Shown here: positions 28,305-37,316 of the stretch, piece after piece
Layout: every line of letters starts with the position of its first letter
How positions within the stretch are numbered: position 1 is the first letter of the stretch
NCBI GenBank assembly: GCA_963818815.1
Contig: CAWFTL010000004.1
Span: 90,717-154,716 of the forward strand
Length of the DNA stretch: 64,000 nucleotides
Direction: 5' to 3'
Source: an uncultured Solirubrobacterales bacterium
GTDB taxonomy: Bacteria > Actinomycetota > Thermoleophilia > Solirubrobacterales > Solirubrobacteraceae
The notes under the pieces: model-generated
Databases searched by the model: none
What the model was told of the DNA's origin: nothing
The model's input: the letters and a program-made list of their open reading frames with translations, nothing else
Program-made: the position numbers and the translations under genes

Positions 28305-28447
28305 GCCTGGTCTCCTGGCTGACGGGCCTACCGGCCGCGCCTTCCCGGCGAGGTTTCCTCACCAGTGGCACGTTGCGGCCGGCGTCCCCGATCACAGTGG
28401 CGGGTCCGCTCCGGAATCTCACCGGCTTCCCATCGCCTGCGACCTTG
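28305..28447 (-). ncRNA. Cobalamin riboswitch
   Basis: The minus strand reads AAGGTC...ATGGGAAGCCGGTGAGATTCCGG...GCCACTGT...GCCACTGG...GGGAAGG...AGCCAGGAGACC (B12 box). TACGAT -10 at 28461-28456. Confidence 0.95.
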
Positions 28448-28492
28448 ACGGGCGGATCGTAGCGCTCCCCCGGCTCTTAGACTTGACTCGCG

Positions 28493-29050
28493 ATGACCGT
28501 GAACCTGACCCGCATCTACACCCGGCTGGGTGACGGCGGGGAAACCCACCTGGGGGACATGAGCCGCGTCCCCAAGACCCACCCGCGGATCGAGGCCTAC
28601 GGGACGGTGGACGAGCTGAACGCCCACCTCGGGGTCGCGCTGACCTTGCCGGACCTCTCGGGCGAATTCGCGGCGTGGCTGCGACGGATCCAGAACGACC
28701 TCTTCGACGTCGGGGCCGACATTGCCGCGCCTGAGGACCCCGGGCGCGACCGCCTCCGGGTCGTGCCCGAGCAGACCTCATGGCTCGAGGCGCGCTGCGA
28801 TGAGGTCAACGAGAAGCTCGAGCCGCTGAAGTCGTTCGTGCTGCCCGGTGGGACGCCGGTCGCGGCGCATCTGCACGTGTGCCGCACGGTCTGCCGGCGC
28901 GCCGAGCGGCTGGCCATCGCGTGCGGCGAGGCGTGCAGCCCGGAGGTGGTTCGCTACCTCAACCGCCTCTCCGACCTGCTGTTCATCCTTGCCCGCGGGG
29001 CCAACGGCGGCGAGGAGCCGCTGTGGGAGCCCGGCCGCTACCGGTCCTGA
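28493..29050 (+). CDS. pduO: PduO-type cob(I)alamin adenosyltransferase
   Basis: RIYTRLGDGGETHL, RIEAYGTVDELN, IQNDLFDVGA, FVLPGG, RTVCRRAER, YLNRLSDLLF. Confidence 0.95.
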   Translation: MTVNLTRIYTRLGDGGETHLGDMSRVPKTHPRIEAYGTVDELNAHLGVALTLPDLSGEFAAWLRRIQNDLFDVGADIAAPEDPGRDRLRVVPEQTSWLEARCDEVNEKLEPLKSFVLPGGTPVAAHLHVCRTVCRRAERLAIACGEACSPEVVRYLNRLSDLLFILARGANGGEEPLWEPGRYRS

Positions 29051-29051
29051 G

Positions 29052-29906
29052 CTAGCGCCGCAGGGCGAGCATCACGCCGGTGGCGAGCGCCAGCCCCAGG
29101 GCGCCGATGGCCAACGCGCCGACCACGAACGGCTCGTGCAGCCGCGCGTAGGCCACGACCTCGCGCGGCCGGGCCAGGGCGACGAGCCCGGCGAGCGCGA
29201 GCGCGCCCAGCAGCACCGCCGAGGGCGGCCCGAGCGCCGCGCGCACCGACAGCCGCTGCGGCGGACCGCTGGGTCCGGGAAGGCGGAGCCGGGCGTCGGC
29301 GGTGAGCACGGCGGCGACGGCGAGCAGGGTCCAGATCGCGGCGACCAGGAAGCCGCCGAGAACGTCGCTGGGATAGTGCCACTCGAGGGTCAGGAACGAA
29401 TAGCTAACCGCGACCGCGAACGCGGCTCCCAGCGCGGCGACGAACGGCCGGGCGCGGGCCGGGACCGCGAGCACGAGGCAGAGGGCCAGCGACATCGCCG
29501 CCGTCGCATGCCCGCTCGGCCACGAGGCCGGCGCCGGCGGCAGCGTTCCCGCCAGCAGGTTCGCGGGCCGGGGCTCGGCCAGCAGCGGCTTGAGCAGCTG
29601 CGTCGTCACGTTGGCGCCGAGCAGGATCGTCACCACCGCCAGCGTGACCCACAGCCGGCGCCGGGCCAGCGCGATCAGGACAGGAGCCGCGCAGAAGTAC
29701 ACGTACGGCTTGGGATCGCACAGCTTGGCCACGAACAGGGCCAGCGAGCTCACTCGGGGGCGCCCCTTGAGGCCGGTGAAGCCGCGCAGGACCGACTCGT
29801 CGGCGTGCTTGACGATCCCGATGTGAAACGCGGCGTACCACGTGGCGACGAGCAGCACGGTCAGCGCCACCGCGCCGAGCATGGCTCTCCGGGCGCGTAG
29901 GGGCAT
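29052..29906 (-). CDS. PAP2-family membrane phosphatase
   Basis: LLKPLLAEPRP, SWPSGHA, WHYPSDVLGG. Confidence 0.9.
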   Translation of the reverse strand: MPLRARRAMLGAVALTVLLVATWYAAFHIGIVKHADESVLRGFTGLKGRPRVSSLALFVAKLCDPKPYVYFCAAPVLIALARRRLWVTLAVVTILLGANVTTQLLKPLLAEPRPANLLAGTLPPAPASWPSGHATAAMSLALCLVLAVPARARPFVAALGAAFAVAVSYSFLTLEWHYPSDVLGGFLVAAIWTLLAVAAVLTADARLRLPGPSGPPQRLSVRAALGPPSAVLLGALALAGLVALARPREVVAYARLHEPFVVGALAIGALGLALATGVMLALRR

Positions 29907-29956
29907 ACCGCCAGGTTAGGTGGTGCGCGGCAACCCGCCGCGCACTTGGCGGACGG

Positions 29957-30610
29957 CTAGACCTCGTGCTTGGCCGGCCCCGGCTCTTCGGCCGGCTTCG
30001 GCGCTTCGGCGGTCTCGGCCTGCACCGCCGCCTGCACCGCCGGTCCTGACTCCTCAGCCGCTGGACCGTCTTTGGCCTTGCGCGTGATCCGGATCTCGGG
30101 CGCCGAGCCGGTGCGGCGGAGGTGGTCGTAGTGCGCGAGGTCCTCGGGCGAGGCCACTTCGACGCTCAGATCGGGGGCGAGGTCGAAGCGCGCCGCCTCG
30201 TAGACCAGCTCCTGGTAGCGGGAACCGTCTTCGGGACGGCCTTCGATGTCCAGGTCGTAGACCCCGCAGCGCAGCGTCCAGCGCGAGGCCCGGGCGAGCT
30301 TCTCCTCGTTCATCTTGAACGGGACCGTGCCGCCCTCACCCTCGACCCGCAGCCGAGCGTGGCCCGACCACAGGGCGCGGGAGAGCCGTTCGTAGTTGCG
30401 GCGGAAGGGCGCGACGACGATGGAGACGGGCCCGGAGGCGGCCTTGCCGGCGCGGATCGCCTCCGCGGTCGGTCCCACGAGCACGAAGTTGACGCGATTT
30501 GCGGCCAGCCAGCGAAGCAACGCGACGGCCTTGCGGTCGAGGTGCTCATAGCCCCTGACCGTGGTGATCGGCTGGGAGTCCAGCCCGGGTGGACGACGTC
30601 TGAGCAGCAT
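29957..30610 (-). CDS. Hypothetical protein with degenerate nucleotidyltransferase-like fold
   Basis: LRWLAANRVNFVLVGPTA, NYERLSRAL, LDI, VEVASPEDL follow the layout of small bacterial NTases, but the GG and DxD residues are missing. Confidence 0.5.
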   Translation of the reverse strand: MLLRRRPPGLDSQPITTVRGYEHLDRKAVALLRWLAANRVNFVLVGPTAEAIRAGKAASGPVSIVVAPFRRNYERLSRALWSGHARLRVEGEGGTVPFKMNEEKLARASRWTLRCGVYDLDIEGRPEDGSRYQELVYEAARFDLAPDLSVEVASPEDLAHYDHLRRTGSAPEIRITRKAKDGPAAEESGPAVQAAVQAETAEAPKPAEEPGPAKHEV

Positions 30611-30661
30611 GGTGCAGCGTTTCGCCCTGGGCGGGCGGATCCCTTCCCGCACGCGGCTGGT

Positions 30662-32395
30662 TCAGACCGGCAGCGCGTCCACACTCGCCATGCGGCGCAA
30701 GAGCCCGGGCGCGAACCGTGAGAGGGCTCGCGTCAGCTTGGCCTCGGGCGTTACGACGGCCAGCGGTCGGTCGGCCGCGATCGCCTTCACCACCTCCGCC
30801 GCCACCTGCTCCGGCGTGAAGTTGCGGCGCTGGTAGATCCGGCTGACCTGGTCGCGCATGCGCTCCTGATCGACGCCCCCGGGCCCCACGTACTTCGCCA
30901 CGCGGGTGATGTTGGTGGCCACGATGCCCGGGCAGACTGCGGTCACGCCGATACCGGAGGGCAGCACCTCGGCGCGCAGGCACTCGCTCAGCATCAGAAC
31001 CGCCGCCTTGGAGGCCGCGTAGGCGGGCAGATCCTTGGTGGGGAGAAATGCCGCCGCGGAGGCCGTGTTGACGATGTGGCCGCCCTCGCCGCGCTCGACC
31101 AAGGCGCGCCCGAAGAGCCGGCAGCCGTGCACCACTCCCATCAGGTTGACGTCGAGCACGCGCCGCCAGTCGGAGAAGTCCGTGTCCATGAACGGCCCGG
31201 CGACCGCGATCCCGGCGTTGTTCACGACGATGTCGGGCACGCCGTGCTCGCCGAGCACGGAAGCCGCGAGTCGCTCCATGGCCTCGCCGTCGCTGACGTC
31301 GCAGGTGAAGTGCTGCGCTCCCGGAATCGCGGCGGCGGTCTGCGCGACCGTTTCGTGATCGCGGTCGACGAGCAGCAGGCGGACGCCGTGGTCGGCCAGC
31401 GCCCGGGCAATGGCCCGGCCGATGCCGCTCCCCGCCCCGGTGACGAGCCCCAGGCGGCCCGGTAGCTGTCCCAGGCCGCCGCCTCTCACCCACGGCCGGC
31501 TCGGGCTCGCCGGGCCTCCGCCCTCCACCTCGTCGACGAACTCGGCCACCCACCGCGCGATGAGCTCCGGCCGTGCCCGTGGGGCCCAGTGCGACCCGGC
31601 CACGGTCCGCCGCCGGAGCTTCGGCGCCAGCCGCGTCGCGGACTCGTAGTAGCGCGGCGAGATGAAGTGATCGCCGCTGGGGACGATCAGCTGCACGGGC
31701 ACGTGCGACGGCGCTCCGGCGCCCGGGCGCAGCAGCCTCGGGAGGATGTTGCGGCGATAGAGGTTGGCGCCATGACGCGCGTCGGCGGCGAATGTGCCGG
31801 CGGGATAGCCGGGACCGCTGGGGACCCGCTCGACGTTCTCGAGCACCCACCGCCACCGGCCCCGGGCCAGCAGCAGGGAGCCGGCGAACGTGGGGCCGCC
31901 GGGCGCGGTAAGGACCAGCACGTACCAGGAGCGCCAGAGCGCACCGAGCAGCCGCAGAGCCTCGCCGCGGCGCAGCCCGTTCCGCAGCTCGGCGCCGAGG
32001 GCGTCCAGCGAGGGTCCGGCGATCGTCGTGAACGAGGCCAGCTTGCCCTCGAAGCGCGCGGCAGTGGCGAACTCCCAGCCGGCGACGCCGCCCCAGTCGT
32101 GCCCGACCAGGTGCACGGGCCGCCCGCCGGCGACCTGGGCGATCACCGCCTCGAGGTCGTCGCCGAGCCGCGCGAGCGAATAGGCGCGCGGGCCGTGCGG
32201 AGCGTCGGAGCCGCCCGCGCCGCGGACGTCGTAGGCGGCGAGGTGAAAGCGCGGCTGCAGCTGGTCGAGCACCGGCTCCCACAGCTCCTTGGTGTCGGGA
32301 TAGCCGTGCACGAGGACGATCGTGGGGCGATCCGGGTCGCCCGCTTCGCGCACGGCGAGCCGGACGCCTGAGGCCTCGACGGTGCGCTCGGTCAA
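30662..32395 (-). CDS. Alpha/beta-hydrolase-SDR fusion (EphD-like)
   Basis: VLVHGYPD, GHDWGG, then VTGAGSGIG, NNAGI, YAASKAA. Confidence 0.9.
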   Translation of the reverse strand: MTERTVEASGVRLAVREAGDPDRPTIVLVHGYPDTKELWEPVLDQLQPRFHLAAYDVRGAGGSDAPHGPRAYSLARLGDDLEAVIAQVAGGRPVHLVGHDWGGVAGWEFATAARFEGKLASFTTIAGPSLDALGAELRNGLRRGEALRLLGALWRSWYVLVLTAPGGPTFAGSLLLARGRWRWVLENVERVPSGPGYPAGTFAADARHGANLYRRNILPRLLRPGAGAPSHVPVQLIVPSGDHFISPRYYESATRLAPKLRRRTVAGSHWAPRARPELIARWVAEFVDEVEGGGPASPSRPWVRGGGLGQLPGRLGLVTGAGSGIGRAIARALADHGVRLLLVDRDHETVAQTAAAIPGAQHFTCDVSDGEAMERLAASVLGEHGVPDIVVNNAGIAVAGPFMDTDFSDWRRVLDVNLMGVVHGCRLFGRALVERGEGGHIVNTASAAAFLPTKDLPAYAASKAAVLMLSECLRAEVLPSGIGVTAVCPGIVATNITRVAKYVGPGGVDQERMRDQVSRIYQRRNFTPEQVAAEVVKAIAADRPLAVVTPEAKLTRALSRFAPGLLRRMASVDALPV

Positions 32396-33201
32396 CTGCG
32401 ACCCACGGGGTAGAAGCGCGCGGCGGCGCGCAGGAGCAGCCAGCGCGGTACGTGGCGGCCCAGGACCGCCCCCAGCTCGTTGACCGCTCCCGGGATGACC
32501 ACGCGCTCACCCGACGCGAGCCCCTGCACGCCGGCTTCTGCGACCTTGCCGGGCGAGGCCCAGAGAAAGCCCGGCGTGGCCGAGTCGATCCCCTCCATCC
32601 CGGCCACCGACATGAACTCGGTACGGACCGGCCCCGGGCAGAGCGCGGTGACCGCGACTCCCGCTCCCGCCAGCTCCTGGTGAAGCGCCTCGCTGAAGGA
32701 GAGCACGAGTGACTTCGACGCCGCGTAGGTGGACTGGCCGGGAAGCGGCTGGAAGGCGGCGGTGGAGGCGACGTTGAGAATCGCGCCGCGCCCCCGCTGC
32801 ACCATCTGGGGGGCGTAGCGGCCGCAGAGGTCGACCACCGCCTCGCAGTTCAACCTCAGCATCCGCAGCTCGCGCTCGCGTTCGAGCTCGACGAACGGCG
32901 CCGCGCTGCCGAAGCCGGCGTTGTTGACGAGGACCTCGACCGCCAGGCCGAGATCGGTCAGCTGCGCCGCGAGCTTGTCGCGCTCGGTGGCGTCCCCCAG
33001 GTCACGCCCCAAGACCTCCACCCGCACCCCGTGGCTCGCGCGCAACTCGCCGGCCAGCGTCTCGAGCCGCTCGGTTCGCCTCGCCACGAGCGTGACCCCA
33101 TGCCCCCGGCGCGCGAGCGCTCGGGCGACTTCCGCCCCGATCCCAGACGACGCTCCGGTGATCAGAGCGGTGGCGTCAGGCGACGGTGACGGGAGCGCCA
33201 T
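32392..33201 (-). CDS. Short-chain dehydrogenase/reductase
   Basis: ITGASSGIG, VNNAGFG, YAASKS. ATG 33201 (alternative 33213). Confidence 0.92.
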   Translation of the reverse strand: MALPSPSPDATALITGASSGIGAEVARALARRGHGVTLVARRTERLETLAGELRASHGVRVEVLGRDLGDATERDKLAAQLTDLGLAVEVLVNNAGFGSAAPFVELERERELRMLRLNCEAVVDLCGRYAPQMVQRGRGAILNVASTAAFQPLPGQSTYAASKSLVLSFSEALHQELAGAGVAVTALCPGPVRTEFMSVAGMEGIDSATPGFLWASPGKVAEAGVQGLASGERVVIPGAVNELGAVLGRHVPRWLLLRAAARFYPVGRS

Positions 33202-35119
33202 CGCCGCTGACACTACCCCGTTTGGCGCCCGCGGCGGCGGCGTCTGCGCCCTGCACGGGCGGGGTCTCGATCACCACGCGGCATGGGCGGTGGGCCAGCA
33301 GATAGCTCGCGGTCGGCCCGAGCGCGCGCTCAGAGGGAGGGGCGTGCGCCGTGCCCAGGTAGATGATCTCGGCCTCGGTTCGCTCGGCCTCCTCGACGAT
33401 CGCGGCGCCCGGCGACCGGGTCCGGATCATCCGCGTGTGGACCTTCAGGCCGGCTTTCCGCCCCGTCACCTTCGCGCTTTCCAGCACGCTCAGACCGAGT
33501 TGCTCCTCCCGCTCGAGACCGGCGTCGAGCGATAGCTGGTTGGGGACCCGGAGCACGTAGATCGCCTCGACCAGCGCGTCCGGGCCGACCAGCTTCGCCG
33601 CCGCTCGCAGCGCCGACGCATCGACGTCGGTCCCGAAGATCGGCACGATGGCCGAGCGGTACTCGAGCTCGATGAAGAAGGACGGACGCTCGCGGCGCTC
33701 GAGCCTGTGGCGTGATCGCAGGTCAAGCCCCTGGCGGCGGCGGTAGACGACGTATCCCCCGAGGCCCACGACCATCCAGCCCAAGCCCACCGTCCGCGCC
33801 TCGGCGTGCAGCACCAGCACCGAGATCCAGGCCGCAAAGGTGCCGATCCCACCCAGGACCGCGGTGAGCGGCAGCTGGCGACCGCGCACCCTGACGTTCC
33901 ACGGCATCCGGTAAGGACGCTCCCGGTCGGGATCCTTGAAGCGCAGCGCGATCACCGCGGCGTGGGCGGTGGTGAACGACAGCATGGCGCCGAACGAGTA
34001 GAGGTTGCCCAGGAAGTCGGTCTTGCCCGGGATGAGCAGGATGCCGGCGATGACGGAAAAGGTCACGATCGTGAACCACGGCGTGCGGTACCGCGGGTGA
34101 AGGCGCGAGAACAGCGTGGGCAGCTGCCGGTGCTCGGCCAGGGACCAGGAGAGGCGTGAGATCCCGATCAGGCCCGCGTTGGTCGCGATGAACAGGATCG
34201 TCGCGGCGAGGACGCCGACGTAGTAGCGCAGCACGTGCGCCACGCCCCTGGCCAGCCCCAGGTGGTCGATGATGCCAAGCACCGGGTCGTTCTGGAACCC
34301 GTGCGGTGGCGGCTGGCCGAGCAGCGTGGTGGCCTGGGCGCCGTGGCCGGTCACGGGCAGGGCGGAGAGCGCGACCACCGTCATCCCGGCGTAGACGCCG
34401 AGCACCGCGAACAGGATGAGGTTGACGGCCCGGGGAACGTCCTTGCCGGGATCCCGCGCCTCCTCGGCCATGTTCGAGACGGTTTCGATCCCGGTGTAGG
34501 CCAGCATGGCCAGCGACAGCGCGAAGATCAGGTGGGAATAGCTCGGGACCGTCCCGAGATGGACCTGGTGCACGAGCAGCGACGGGTCGAGGACCAGGAA
34601 CGCGCCCACCACGATGATCACGCACTGCGTGACCAGGTCAGCGACGGCCAGGAAGAAGTTGAGCTTGGCCGACTCCCCGATCCCGCGAATGTTCAGCCAG
34701 GCCAGCAGGGCGATCACCACGAGCCCACCGATGACATCCCCCGGGGGATGTTCCAGTGACGGCCAGAATGCACCGAGGTAGTGCGGCACGAAGAAGGCCG
34801 AGATCGCGATCGTGAGGATGTAGTCGAGGCTGAGGGCCCACCCCGCGAAGAACGAGATCAGCTCATTGAAGGCATGGCGGGCGAAGCTCGATGAACCGCC
34901 CGCCTCCGGGAACATCGCGGCTCCCTCGGCGTATGTCTTGGCGGTAAGCGCGAACAGCCCCCCGGCGAGCATGAACACCACTGGAGTCAGCCCGAGCGCG
35001 TAGGCGGCGACGATGCCTAGCGCGTAATAGATCGAAGAGCCGACGTTGCCGTAGGCGGTGGCGAACAAGCCGCCGACGCCGACACTGCGACGCAATCCGT
35101 GGGTCTCGATCCGGGCCAT
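33176..35119 (-). CDS. APC-family permease fused to C-terminal universal stress (USP) domain, copy 3
   Basis: YGNVGSSIYYALG, PEAGGSSSFARHAF, YTGIETVSNMAEEA, GNLYSFGAMLSF, then IVPIFG...RSPGAAIVEEA...PCRVVI. Confidence 0.88.
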   Translation of the reverse strand: MARIETHGLRRSVGVGGLFATAYGNVGSSIYYALGIVAAYALGLTPVVFMLAGGLFALTAKTYAEGAAMFPEAGGSSSFARHAFNELISFFAGWALSLDYILTIAISAFFVPHYLGAFWPSLEHPPGDVIGGLVVIALLAWLNIRGIGESAKLNFFLAVADLVTQCVIIVVGAFLVLDPSLLVHQVHLGTVPSYSHLIFALSLAMLAYTGIETVSNMAEEARDPGKDVPRAVNLILFAVLGVYAGMTVVALSALPVTGHGAQATTLLGQPPPHGFQNDPVLGIIDHLGLARGVAHVLRYYVGVLAATILFIATNAGLIGISRLSWSLAEHRQLPTLFSRLHPRYRTPWFTIVTFSVIAGILLIPGKTDFLGNLYSFGAMLSFTTAHAAVIALRFKDPDRERPYRMPWNVRVRGRQLPLTAVLGGIGTFAAWISVLVLHAEARTVGLGWMVVGLGGYVVYRRRQGLDLRSRHRLERRERPSFFIELEYRSAIVPIFGTDVDASALRAAAKLVGPDALVEAIYVLRVPNQLSLDAGLEREEQLGLSVLESAKVTGRKAGLKVHTRMIRTRSPGAAIVEEAERTEAEIIYLGTAHAPPSERALGPTASYLLAHRPCRVVIETPPVQGADAAAAGAKRGSVSGDGAPVTVA

Positions 35120-35131
35120 GAGCCCGAATCC

Positions 35132-35164
35132 ACGGTAGATCCGCGGCCGTCAAGATCCCGTAAA
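35132..35164 (-). promoter_or_regulatory. Putative OmpR/PhoB-type (KdpE) tandem box plus -10 element
   Basis: The minus strand has TTTACG-N5-TTGACG (35164-35148), then 10 nt, then TACCGT (35137-35132), 12 nt before the ATG at 35119. Confidence 0.5.
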
Positions 35165-35192
35165 GGATCGCCCCGCCGGCGTAGAGATTTCG

Positions 35193-35882
35193 TTAATCGC
35201 CCGGGGCGCGAAGCCGGTAGCCGACGCCCGGCTCGGTGATCAGGTAGCGAGGTCGCGAAGGGTCGGGTTCGAGCTTGGCGCGGATGTGGGCCACGTGGAC
35301 CCGGAGGTAGTGCGTCTCCTCGCCGTACTGCGGCCCCCACACCTCCTGAAGCAGGCGCCGGTGGGTGACGAGGCGGCCAACGTGCGAGGCCAGGACCCGG
35401 ATGAGCTCGAACTCGATCGGGGTCAGGCGGACCTCCTCGCCGTCGCGCAGGACGCGCCGGTCCTGCAGGTCGACCACCACCTCCCCCAGCTCCACCAGCG
35501 GCGAGCCGGTGGCCTGCGCGGAGCGGCGCAGCACAGCGCGCAGCCGCGCCAGCAGCTCATCGGTGCCAAACGGCTTGGTCACGTAGTCGTCGGCGCCGGC
35601 GTCGAGCGCCTTTACCTTCTCGCGCTCGTCGCCGACGGCGGATAGCACGAGGATCGGCAACCCGCTCCAGCGCCGGACCTCCTGGCAGACATCGACGCCG
35701 CGGCCGTCGGGCAGGACGAGGTCGAGAACCATCGCGTCGGGCGGGCGCAGCGCGAGGGAGCTCAGCGCCTCTTCCTTGCTCGCGGCGGCCTCGACGGCGT
35801 ACCCGGCGCCGCGCAGGATGATCTTCAGGCCCCGGACGATCTGGGGCTCGTCGTCGACGACCAGGACCCGGGGCGAGCTCAA
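35193..35882 (-). CDS. kdpE: KdpE-like response regulator
   Basis: VLVVDDEPQI, LDLVLPDG.G, KVKALDAGADDYVTKPFG, HYLRVHV..IR.KLEPDPSRPRYLITEPGVGYR. TTG overlaps the kinase stop. Confidence 0.9.
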   Translation of the reverse strand: MSSPRVLVVDDEPQIVRGLKIILRGAGYAVEAAASKEEALSSLALRPPDAMVLDLVLPDGRGVDVCQEVRRWSGLPILVLSAVGDEREKVKALDAGADDYVTKPFGTDELLARLRAVLRRSAQATGSPLVELGEVVVDLQDRRVLRDGEEVRLTPIEFELIRVLASHVGRLVTHRRLLQEVWGPQYGEETHYLRVHVAHIRAKLEPDPSRPRYLITEPGVGYRLRAPGD

Positions 35883-37306
35883 CCGACGGCCTCGGGCTGC
35901 GGGACGACCGGGAAGCTGACCGCGAACGCCGTTCCCCGGTTGGCCCCGGACTGCAGGGCGATCTGGCCGCCGTTGGCTTCGACGAAGCCGCGGCAGATGG
36001 CGAGCCCGAGCCCAGAGCCCGAACCGGTGCGGCCGCGGAAGAAGGGCTCGAACACACGCGCGCGCTGCTGGGAGGGAATGCCCCGTCCCTGGTCGATCAC
36101 CCGTACGGTCACGCGTCCCGAGCCCACGCCCGCGGTGATGCGCACGGGCGCGCCCGGAGGCGAGAACTTGACCGCATTCTCGATCAGGTTCGAGAACACC
36201 CGCTCCAGCTGGGACTCGTCGGCGCGGACCAGGGGCAGGTCGCGAGGCAGATCGAACTCGAGCGGGTGCTCGGTCCGGATCCCGGCGCCGGCTGAGGCGA
36301 CGACGTCGCGCAGGTCGCACCAGTCCGACTGCGGAGCCAGCGCTCCGGCCTGGATCTTCGAGAGGTCGAGGAGGTCGTCGACCAGCTTGGCCAGTCGCGC
36401 CCCTTCGTCCTCGATCACCGAAACGAGCTCGGAGCGCTCCTGCTCGCTGATGCCCTCAGTGCGCAGCGCCGAGCCGGCGGTCGTGATCGCCGTGAGCGGA
36501 GAGCGCAGATCGTGCGAGATCGCGTGCAGAATTGCCGTCCTGGCCACCTCGGCCCGGCGTGCCGCCTCGGTCTCGGCCTCGCGCTCGGCCACGCGCTCCC
36601 GTTCGAGCGCGACGTCGAGCAGCCGTCCGAGCGGCTCGCACAGCCGCTCGAGCTCCTGCGCCGACCAGCTGGTGTCACGGGCGACGTACAGCCACGCGTT
36701 GCGGGCGCGGGTGCGTAGGGCGAGCGTGTGCTCCTCCGCGTGCGGCGAGGGCACGGGCTCGAGGATCACGCGGGCGCGGCTGGCTCCGGTGGCCCTGGAG
36801 ACCTGGCTGCCGATGCTCTCGAGCTGGGCGGCCAGGCTCTGTCCGGCCAGGACGGCTGAGGCAGCCTGGGCCAGCAGCGAGGCCTCGCGCTCGCGGGCCG
36901 CAGCCACGTGCGCGCGGACCTCAGCCTCGGCCGCGCGCTGGCGGCCGGTGGCGGCCAGGCGGCCCACTACGACGGCAGCGATGAGCAGCACCCCGAGCTC
37001 GACCACATCTCTCGAGTGGGCGATCGCGAGCTGGTGCCGTGGGGCGATGAACAGGTAGTTGAGGACGAGCATGCTCAGTACGGCGGAGATCAGGGCGGCG
37101 ATCTCGCCCCGGCGGATCGCGATCGCCAGTACCGCGAGCAGGTAGAGCACGCCGAGTCCCTCGGCGGGCGCGGTTGACTGGAGCGCGGCGATCACGGCCG
37201 TGGCCAGACCGATCGCGACGACGATCTCGGCCGCGGCGAGGGCGAGCTTCCGCCTGGCCGGCAGCTTCGGCCGGATCCTCATGGATGACGCCTTGACGGC
37301 GCTCAT
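35879..37306 (-). CDS. KdpD-like sensor histidine kinase lacking the N-terminal KdpD and USP domains
   Basis: Starts directly with the 4-TM DUF4118-like block (NYLFIAPR), then coiled coil, SHDLRSPL H-box, NLIENAVKFS, DQGRGI, GSGLGL. Start 37306 or 37282. Confidence 0.85.
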   Translation of the reverse strand: MSAVKASSMRIRPKLPARRKLALAAAEIVVAIGLATAVIAALQSTAPAEGLGVLYLLAVLAIAIRRGEIAALISAVLSMLVLNYLFIAPRHQLAIAHSRDVVELGVLLIAAVVVGRLAATGRQRAAEAEVRAHVAAAREREASLLAQAASAVLAGQSLAAQLESIGSQVSRATGASRARVILEPVPSPHAEEHTLALRTRARNAWLYVARDTSWSAQELERLCEPLGRLLDVALERERVAEREAETEAARRAEVARTAILHAISHDLRSPLTAITTAGSALRTEGISEQERSELVSVIEDEGARLAKLVDDLLDLSKIQAGALAPQSDWCDLRDVVASAGAGIRTEHPLEFDLPRDLPLVRADESQLERVFSNLIENAVKFSPPGAPVRITAGVGSGRVTVRVIDQGRGIPSQQRARVFEPFFRGRTGSGSGLGLAICRGFVEANGGQIALQSGANRGTAFAVSFPVVPQPEAVG

Positions 37307-37316
37307 GCGGTGAAGG

